Assembly: GCA_963665775.2 (NCBI GenBank)
Contig: CAXXTF010000002.1
Span: 896,001 to 960,000 of the forward strand
DNA from: Dehalococcoidia bacterium
GTDB lineage: Bacteria > Chloroflexota > Dehalococcoidia > SM23-28-2 > RBG-16-64-32
Direction of reading: 5' to 3'
Length of the DNA: 64,000 nucleotides
This document shows positions 57,192 through 64,000 of this stretch, one piece after another (the stretch's first letter is position 1; each line of letters opens with the position of its first letter). The notes beneath the pieces were generated by a model. It was not told the DNA's origin, did not search any database, and saw nothing but the letters and a program-made list of their open reading frames with translations. A program made the translations under genes and the position numbers.

Positions 57192-57975
57192 GTTCTCCTG
57201 GCGATGGGCCGTGCTGCTGGTAGCGCTGGTGGCGGGGGCTTTGGTTTTCGCGGCGTGCGGCGGGTCCGCAGCGCCGACCCCCGATCCCACCGCCGCCCCC
57301 GATCCCACCGCAGCGCCGGCCCCCGATCCCACCGCAGCCCCCGCAATGATGTCTCTGAGCGATATCGACGAGACCACCACGGGGGCCGAACTGATCGCGT
57401 CGCTTTCCGAAGGTGAAGCCGACTGCCTGCGCGCTGCGATAGGGGACGCGAGCTACGAAGCTATGCAGGACCTGACCCTGTCCGAGAGTGCCATGGAATT
57501 CGATACGTTCCCACTGCAATGCCTGGAGCCGGACAACGCCATCGACCTGAGCCTAGCCATGATGTCGCTCCAGGCGGGCGGGCTGTCCGATGATAGCCAG
57601 GCCTGCATCAAGGACGTTTTCGCAGAGCTCGGAGAAGACGAGCTCGGGGTGCCGGGCGAGACGATGAGCGAGACAGACTCCTTGCGCTTCTTTATAACCA
57701 TGCAGCTCTGCCTGACCGACGAAGAAGCGCAAGCCATGTCGGGACCTGTTCCGGAAGAAGACGCATTTCTTTTGCCCTCCCAACTCCGCTGCGTATCCGA
57801 GCAGACGGAACTGGAGAACCTGTTCATCGTCTACCAGGCGTTCGTTGACCTGGAATCGAGCACGGAGCCGTCTACACCATCGCCGGAAATGATGATGGCG
57901 GTGGCCGAGATAATGGCGGCTCAGGAGACCTGCGGCATTCCCACCATCATCCAAGGGGAGGGGTCAACGCCCTAG
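57184..57975 (+). CDS. Cys-rich acidic lipoprotein; native start probably lost at the junction (alternative GTG at 57211)
   Basis: QQRFSWRWAVLLVALVAGALVFAAC lipobox; 3x PDPTAA; repeated Cys-containing helices. Confidence 0.75.
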   Translation, partial: QQRFSWRWAVLLVALVAGALVFAACGGSAAPTPDPTAAPDPTAAPAPDPTAAPAMMSLSDIDETTTGAELIASLSEGEADCLRAAIGDASYEAMQDLTLSESAMEFDTFPLQCLEPDNAIDLSLAMMSLQAGGLSDDSQACIKDVFAELGEDELGVPGETMSETDSLRFFITMQLCLTDEEAQAMSGPVPEEDAFLLPSQLRCVSEQTELENLFIVYQAFVDLESSTEPSTPSPEMMMAVAEIMAAQETCGIPTIIQGEGSTP

Positions 57976-57987
57976 GCGGCGGCTCGG

Positions 57988-58770
57988 GCTGATGCGCCGT
58001 ATCGATGAGCTGCACCTTGAGTATCCGTTTGCAGGCAGTAGGATGATGCGAGGCCTGCTCCGCCAGGAGGGACTCCCCTCCGGGCGGAGACACATCGCCA
58101 CACTGATGCGGCGGATGGGCATCGATGCGCTGTACCGGAAGCCCAACACCAGCCAGCGACGCCCCGGCCATACTGTGTATCCGTACCTGCTGCGCGGGCT
58201 TGAGGTGAGCAGGCCCAACCAGGTGTGGGCAATGGACATCACGTACATTCCGATGGCCAGGGGGTTCGTGTACCTAGCCGCAGTGATGGACTGGCATAGC
58301 CGCAAGGTGCTGGCCTGGCGGGTATCGGTCACAATAGACACAGGCTTCTGCGTGGAGGCGCTCGAAGAATCCCTGGGACGCCACGGCGCGCCGGAGATAT
58401 TCAACACAGATCAGGGAAGCCAGTTCACAAGTGACGCCTTCACCGGCCTGCTGAAAGCCAATGGGATCCAGATCAGCATGGACAGGAAGGGAAGCTGGAA
58501 GGATAATGTGTTCGTCGAACGGCTGTGGAAGAGCGTCAAGTATGAGGAGATGTACCTGAGAGCCTACGAATCGGTCCCGGAAGCCAGAACTGGACTCGGG
58601 CGGTACTTCGAGTTTTACAATGCCGGACGGCCCCATTCGAGCCTTGGGGGAATGACGCCGGACCAGTTCTTTGACAGAGTGCCTGCCGAGTCCGCGGCGG
58701 CCTAACGCACGGCAGCGTGATTCCACTTATCAAACCGGGCAGCGCTGTTCAGACAAACGAGACCACCTCT
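57988..58770 (+). mobile_element. IS3-family remnant: most of OrfB and the right end
   Basis: LMRRIDELHLEYPFAGSR, WAMDITY, NTDQGSQFTS, DNVFVERLWKSVKYE; terminal CTGTTCAGACAAACGAGACCACCTCT. Confidence 0.93.
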
Positions 58771-58818
58771 AAGGATTCCGGCTGCACCTGCCAGAAAAAA
58801 GAGTTCAGGGGGTATGTC

Positions 58819-59499
58819 ATGCCATCGCTTTACTTGAATCGCCTATCCAACCAAGAGCGGGAGCGCTTAGTCAACAGCCTGCACGAATCCCAGAAAGGGA
58901 ATTGTTTCATTTGCGGACAAGACGTTGACTTGGTCCTCCACGCTGGCAGCCTTGATATTGACCACATAGAGCCAATCAGTGCTGGTGGTAAAGATAGGCC
59001 GGAGAACTTCGCTCTAACGCATGACTCCTGCAACCGGTCAAAGCAAGCCAGTGACCTACGGGTGGCCCGAGTGCTGGCCTCTTTCAGTAAACTGGCGCAG
59101 CAAATGTCAGAGGAGAACCGCGCCCCGAATCTCGGAGACGTTTTGGCGGAACACGGAGGCAGTCAATACAAACTTCCAGTAACGGTAAATGAGTCGTTGC
59201 TAAAGACGTCCTTCCCGGACATGGGCTTGAATGAAGTGAAGACTCTCCCAGTGTACAAGGATGAAATATCGGGATTTCGCTCGTCGCTCATGAATATTCC
59301 GATAGAGTATCTACATCACGACGATCACATCAATCCAAGAACAATAGGCAGCAATTTGAGGAAGTTGGTCGTGGAGTTCCATAGGAAACTCCCTCAACTC
59401 CATATTTCGTTGGGATGGATCGACACGTCCGACGGAAATCAGGTAAAGGTCAAAATCTTTGACGGGCAGCACAGCGGCGCATGCGCTTCCGCGGGCTGA
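58819..59499 (+). pseudogene. HNH endonuclease-domain protein truncated at a DGQH motif
   Basis: CFICG, DIDHIEP...GGKD..ENFAL.H..CNRSK; ends KIFDGQH plus a short unrelated tail. Confidence 0.8.
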
Positions 59500-59584
59500 A
59501 GTTTGACTCGGACACTTCTGGCGCAGCGGTAGTATCCGCCTTCGCGAGGTCCGGCGTCGCCCGTCGCAACCAGGGGGTTTGACA

Positions 59585-61315
59585 ATGCGCGCACTAATCA
59601 CAGTAACCCCGATCATCGCTCTTGTCCTGTCAATTGCTGCCTGCCAGGGAGACGCTGGGCCTCCCGGGCCGCAGGGCCCCGCGGGCGCACCCGCCCTCGT
59701 GGACGAGGCCACCGTCGCGTCTCTCATTGAGCAGATGCAGGAGCAGTTGGACACGAGTTATACCACGGCGGCCGTACCTCCCAAGTCGACGCCCGGGGCC
59801 TACACCAAGTTCCTAGTAGAGGACGCCATCAGCAGATACGAATCGGAAGGACTCGATGCCACCGTCGCCTACTACAACACCAAGGAGAGCATCGACGACC
59901 AGTGGTATGTCTTCATCATCGATGAGAACCAGACCATCATCGCTCATGCCCCCAACCCCGACCTGGTAGGCAAGCACGTCTCCCAGGCTCTCGGACCCAA
60001 CTCCTACCCCACGGGGTCCGCCGTCGCCGCCTCCGCCGACCAGGACGGCGCCTGGTTCGACTACACCTACCCCAATCCCGCCTCTGACGTTGTGCAGACC
60101 AAGCACTCCTGGGTGATCATCCACGACGGCATCACCTTCGGCTCCGGCTGGTACGAACGCGGCCCCGGCAAGTCCGATGCCCCCGCCTACACCAAGGCCT
60201 TCGTGCGGCAGGCCATGAACCTCTACGTCGCCCTCGGCCTGGAGGAGACCGTCGCCTACTACAACGCCAGGGAGAGCATCGACGGCCAGTGGTATGTCTT
60301 CATCATCGATGAGAACCAAACCATCATCGCTCATACCCCCGACCCCGACCTCGTGGGCAAGCACGTCTCCCAGGCTCTCGGACCCAACTCCTACCCCACC
60401 GGGTCCGCCGTCGCCGCCTCCGCCGACCAGGACGGCGCCTGGTTCGACTACACCTATGCCAATCCCGCCTCTGGCGTTGTGGAGACCAAGCACTCCTGGG
60501 TGGTCATCCACGACGGCATTACCTTCGGCTCCGGCTGGTACGAACGCGGCCCCGGCAAGTCCGATGCCCCCGCCTACACCAAGGCCTTCGTGCGGCAGGC
60601 CATGAACCTCTACGTCGCCCTCGGCCTGGAGGAGACCGTCGCCTACTACAACGCCAAGGAGAGCATCGACGGCCAGTGGTATGTCTTCATCATCGATGAG
60701 AACCAAACCATCATCGCTCATGCCCCCGACCCCGACCTCGTGGGCAAGCACGTCTCCCAGGCTCTCGGACCCAACTCCTATCCCACCGGGTCCGCCGTCG
60801 CCGCCTCCGCCGACCAGGACGGCGCCTGGTTCGACTACACCTATGCCAATCCAGCCTCTGGCGTTGTGCAGACCAAGCACTCCTGGGTGATCATCCACGA
60901 CGGCATCACCTTCGGCTCCGGCTGGTACGAACGCGGCCCCGGCAAGTCCGACGCCCCCGCCTACACCAAGGCCTTCGTGCAGCAAGCCATGAACCTCTAC
61001 GTCGCCCTCGGCCTGGAGGAGGCCGTCGCCTACTACAACGCCAAGGAGAGTGTTGACGGCCAGTGGTACGTCTTCATCATCGACCAAGACGGCTACACGA
61101 TAGCCCACCATAACCCGCAGTTTCGAGGGCGTGATCCCAGCCTCCGTGTGGACGCCACGGGGTATTTCTATGGCGACGACTTGCTGAGCGCCACTGAGGC
61201 GGGTCATTGGGTCGACTATGTGTTGCTCAACCCGGAATCGGGCGAGAACCGTCAGAAACACACTTGGATTGTGCGGCATGACGGGCTGCTATTTGGCTCG
61301 GGCTGGTATGAGTAG
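59585..61315 (+). CDS. Lipoprotein with a short collagen-like stretch and four tandem single-Cache-like domains
   Basis: LSIAAC, GPPGPQGPAG, 4x WYVFIID...IAH...(F/V)DY...NP...KH(S/T)W..HDG..FGSGWYE. Confidence 0.88.
   Translation: MRALITVTPIIALVLSIAACQGDAGPPGPQGPAGAPALVDEATVASLIEQMQEQLDTSYTTAAVPPKSTPGAYTKFLVEDAISRYESEGLDATVAYYNTKESIDDQWYVFIIDENQTIIAHAPNPDLVGKHVSQALGPNSYPTGSAVAASADQDGAWFDYTYPNPASDVVQTKHSWVIIHDGITFGSGWYERGPGKSDAPAYTKAFVRQAMNLYVALGLEETVAYYNARESIDGQWYVFIIDENQTIIAHTPDPDLVGKHVSQALGPNSYPTGSAVAASADQDGAWFDYTYANPASGVVETKHSWVVIHDGITFGSGWYERGPGKSDAPAYTKAFVRQAMNLYVALGLEETVAYYNAKESIDGQWYVFIIDENQTIIAHAPDPDLVGKHVSQALGPNSYPTGSAVAASADQDGAWFDYTYANPASGVVQTKHSWVIIHDGITFGSGWYERGPGKSDAPAYTKAFVQQAMNLYVALGLEEAVAYYNAKESVDGQWYVFIIDQDGYTIAHHNPQFRGRDPSLRVDATGYFYGDDLLSATEAGHWVDYVLLNPESGENRQKHTWIVRHDGLLFGSGWYE
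59790..61090 (+). repeat. 387-bp near-perfect coding tandem repeat, more than 3 copies
   Basis: GTCGCCTACTACAAC at 59864, 60251, 60638 and 61025. Confidence 0.95.
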
Positions 61316-61374
61316 TAGCAACCCGCCTCGAAACTGGGAAGCGTTCCGGTTTGTTTGGGATTGGCGGCTTTTCC

Positions 61375-61610
61375 GGACTAAGTCTCCTGGCGCCTCGACG
61401 TAGATGCCAGTGAATGCGCCGTACCACCGGCCCGTTTCGACCCGGCATTTCCTTTCGGACTCAAAGATGACCTCCACTAGGCTCTCTGAGATGAGGGCCT
61501 CCTGCCGGGCGTCTTGGCAGTCTCCATCCTCGTCAATCCAGTGGTTCCATTGGGACCGGCTGTACTCCGGGATGTCCGGTGGGATTGGAGCGACGGTGAT
61601 AGCTAGAGTA
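61375..61610 (-). pseudogene. Internal fragment of a DUF1524/HNH-type secreted nuclease
   Basis: Manual translation: EYSRSQWNHWIDEDGDCQDARQEALISES...CRVETGRWYGAFTG...GDL; stops just before the expected DIDH. Confidence 0.7.
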
Positions 61611-61623
61611 GTCGCCGCTTACC

Positions 61624-61905
61624 GTGCAGACAGCAAACCTTCTTAACATTGGACTTCTCCAGTCTAAACAGGTCCAGAAATTCGTCGAAACCATGAGCGG
61701 ATTTGATAGCACTTTCACAGGCAGATTAACGTCTGGCTTCGTCAACGAATATCAGCGGCATAGGCAGGCCGGGCTGGAAGGCGATTCGTTATTTGAGGCT
61801 ATGCGGCTGTTTTCTGCTCAGGGAAGGTCAGACATACGGTATCAATCTGCAGGGTTGGCTGTCTTGGTCTACCTGTTTGAACGGTGTGAGGTGTTCGAAC
61901 AGTGA
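61624..61905 (+). pseudogene. C-terminal fragment of an ABC three-component system protein
   Basis: LEGDSLF...LAVLVYLFERCEVFE; stop overlaps the next GTG. Confidence 0.7.
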
Positions 61906-62040
61906 CGTTGTTGCCTAACAAACATGTACCTACGAGCCGCTCACTGGTCGGGATAGGGGCCCTGCTGCTGGAGCGCCTAGAAGCCGCATCGACTGTAAGC
62001 GGCCTTTGGGAACTGGTCAAAAACGAGAGCGAAGTCGGGA
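61902..62040 (+). pseudogene. N-terminal fragment of an ABC three-component middle component
   Basis: LLPNKHVPTSRSLVGIGALLL..L....TVSGLWE followed by unrelated sequence. Confidence 0.7.
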
Positions 62041-62233
62041 GCTGGCAGAGTGGCGGCAGAGGGAACGACCGAGGGATTGGCTCAGTTGCGCCAAGACCGG
62101 GGCGAGGTAACCGTCGCCGTCGCCCGCCGCGAGATACGGAAATGGCTGCGAGAGTCGAAGGAGGGCAAGGCCGTGGAAAAGGCAGTCGGGAAACTGTTGG
62201 CAAAGAAGGCCAGCAGCTAATATGTGGCCTCCT

Positions 62234-62685
62234 ATGTCAGAGCATCTCACCGTGACCGTCGAGTGGCGTAATGCCCTAACTGCTCAATACTGCATACTCG
62301 ACATCGAAACGGCTGGGCCTATTATACAGCCTCCTGACACGTATGAATTGCTCTTCACTGGGGTCAAAGTTGAGCAGTGCCGTGCGATCTTCCGTTCAAA
62401 CCGTAGTGAGTTGGAGCTTCTCGCTGCCTTCATGGATGACTTTAGGGGCATCGTAGTCACTTTCAATGGCAGCCGCTTTGACCTGCCAATCCTCAGGCAC
62501 GCGCTTCAAGTGGCTACAGGAAGGACCCTACGAGTATCGCATCACTATGACGTTTTGCTCAATATCATGCGTCAGTTGGGTAGGCGCATATCGTTAGATG
62601 CATTGGCCCGCGAGAATCTTGGCATTGGGAAATCATGGTGGGATCACGGGCGCAACCAAGAAGTCTGGCGATCAAGTCCCGATCT
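62234..62685 (+). pseudogene. RNase H-like 3'-5' exonuclease domain, 3'-truncated
   Basis: LDIET, VTFNGSRFDLPIL, HYDVL, ISLDALARENLGIGK; the final catalytic helix is missing. Confidence 0.8.
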
Positions 62686-63620
62686 CCAACGAGGCGTACA
62701 CGGGCACACTGGTCTGGGGCGCAAACGCCAAGGACAACGCCGACCCGGTGCGGGTGGAGAAGGCGTTTCCCGCCATCATCACCAGGGCGCAGTTGCAGCG
62801 CGTCGGGAAGCATCTGAGCTCCCGCGCACCCAATTTCAGCCACCCCCGAAGAGTCGGAAGCTCCTACCTGCTCAGCGGCCTCGCCAAGTGCAAGACGTGC
62901 AACACGCCGCTCATCGGCCGGTTCGCCCAGAGCGGCAAGTACTCCTACTACGTCTGCCAGTCGACCATCAAGCTCGGCAGGGACGCCTGCAAGACTCCCA
63001 CGCTCAACGCCCGCCGCTTCGAGGAGCTGGTGGTCGCCAAGATTCGCTCCAACATCCTCACTGAGGGCAACATCCGAGATCTGGTCAAGGTGGTGGCCGA
63101 GGAGATGGACGGCGTGACCCGAGAGCAGCGCAAGAGGCTGGAGACCATCGAGGATGAGCTTGAGGAAGTGAAGCGGAAGCTGGGCCGCATCTGGCACTTC
63201 ATAGAGACGTCCGACGCCGTTATGACCGACGCCTCAGACCGCATCAGGGAGCACCGAGACCGGCAGGAGCGTCTGGAGTATTTCGCTGAGCAGGCGAGGG
63301 CGGTCCTGGCCCAGCGCCGGAAGGTCCTCGACGATGCGAACACCATCGCGGCCTACGCCAAGGACATGAAGGACTTCCTGAAGGAGAGCGAACTGACCGA
63401 GCGCAGGGCCTTCATTCAGTCCTTTATCAAGGAGATCGTCGTCGTGCCCGGCGACGCCCTGCTCAGATACACAGTCCCTATGCCAGACGACAGCTCGATA
63501 CCTGGGAGAGCCGCCGAAAAGGTGGCCCTGAACGGGTCTGTTCTATCTACTTTACCCGATGGTGGGCCAAAGTATACAAAATCAAGAACCTTCGTGCTCA
63601 GGCTCAGATTGGTGCTGTAG
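62684..63620 (+). pseudogene. 3' half of a third, unrelated large serine recombinase
   Basis: SNEAYTGTLVWG, FPAIIT, YLLSGLAKCKTC, YYVC...C, coiled coil; no catalytic domain. Confidence 0.9.
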
Positions 63621-63664
63621 CTACGCGTCCATCTGATCGGCCCGATAGGGGCGACTACGGTCCG

Positions 63665-64000
63665 TTATTGAGGGCTGGCCGCGCCAGCCCAGCCGTTCAC
63701 TGGTTTCGGTGTTAACGACGGCACGGTCGGAGGATCTGCCTCACTGTTAGCAACCAACACAATCGGGATACTTCGCGACTCCAGAGATGAGGTGCCTGGG
63801 TTAAGGTCTGGTGAGTTGCCTGAGGGCTTGGGGTATTCGACTGAATAGGGCAACTTGCCAGATGCGCCTACGGAAATGGGCCAGTTAACGTAGAGTGGCG
63901 CCCCATGCTGTCCCTCCACCTCCGCTACGGGCCCTTGGCCCATCGTGCCAGCGCCTTCTCCGGCGAGGTTATTCCCTCCACCGAGATGTAGAAGTAGTTC
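63665..64000 (-). CDS. Possible 3' end of a hypothetical protein running in from beyond the window
   Basis: Open frame to the window edge; no recognisable motif. Confidence 0.3.
   Translation of the reverse strand, partial: ELLLHLGGGNNLAGEGAGTMGQGPVAEVEGQHGAPLYVNWPISVGASGKLPYSVEYPKPSGNSPDLNPGTSSLESRSIPIVLVANSEADPPTVPSLTPKPVNGWAGAASPQ

Noticed and set aside
59813-61279. 488-aa minus-strand ORF
   Set aside because: Antisense shadow of the GC-rich repeat gene; the same applies to 47511-49304, 8836-9771, 9822-10796 and similar ORFs

Overview
High-GC bacterial chromosome segment, most likely Chloroflexota class Dehalococcoidia (inferred from protein types, not from a marker gene). 1-21.1 kb is largely intact core genome: the 3' part of uvrC, trmD, mog, and a division/cell-wall (dcw) operon (mraZ-rsmH-ftsL-ftsI-murF-mraY-murD-ftsW-murG-murC-murB-ddl-ftsQ-ftsA-ftsZ) that lacks murE. 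21.1-38.4 kb is an accessory stretch with a duplicated membrane gene, a four-copy palindromic element, small metabolic genes, an inactivated two-component system, secreted proteins (one with an LPxTG-type anchor behind a structured leader), and a rhodanese next to larE. A tRNA-Leu/Gln/Asn cluster (38447-38729) is followed by about 25 kb of island DNA: IS3 remnants, a large modular S8 protease, defence-gene remnants, a four-Cache-domain lipoprotein and three large serine recombinases (LSRs). Main observations: (i) two of the LSR genes carry the 3' end of the neighbouring tRNA-Asn inside their own coding sequence, in an attP-like arrangement, within an LSR / ParB-methyltransferase / RAMA-like module; (ii) the accessory DNA is a patchwork of truncated gene pieces, including diverged paralogous pieces, joined at short microhomologies. 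All calls are by-eye motif recognition; no database search was run.
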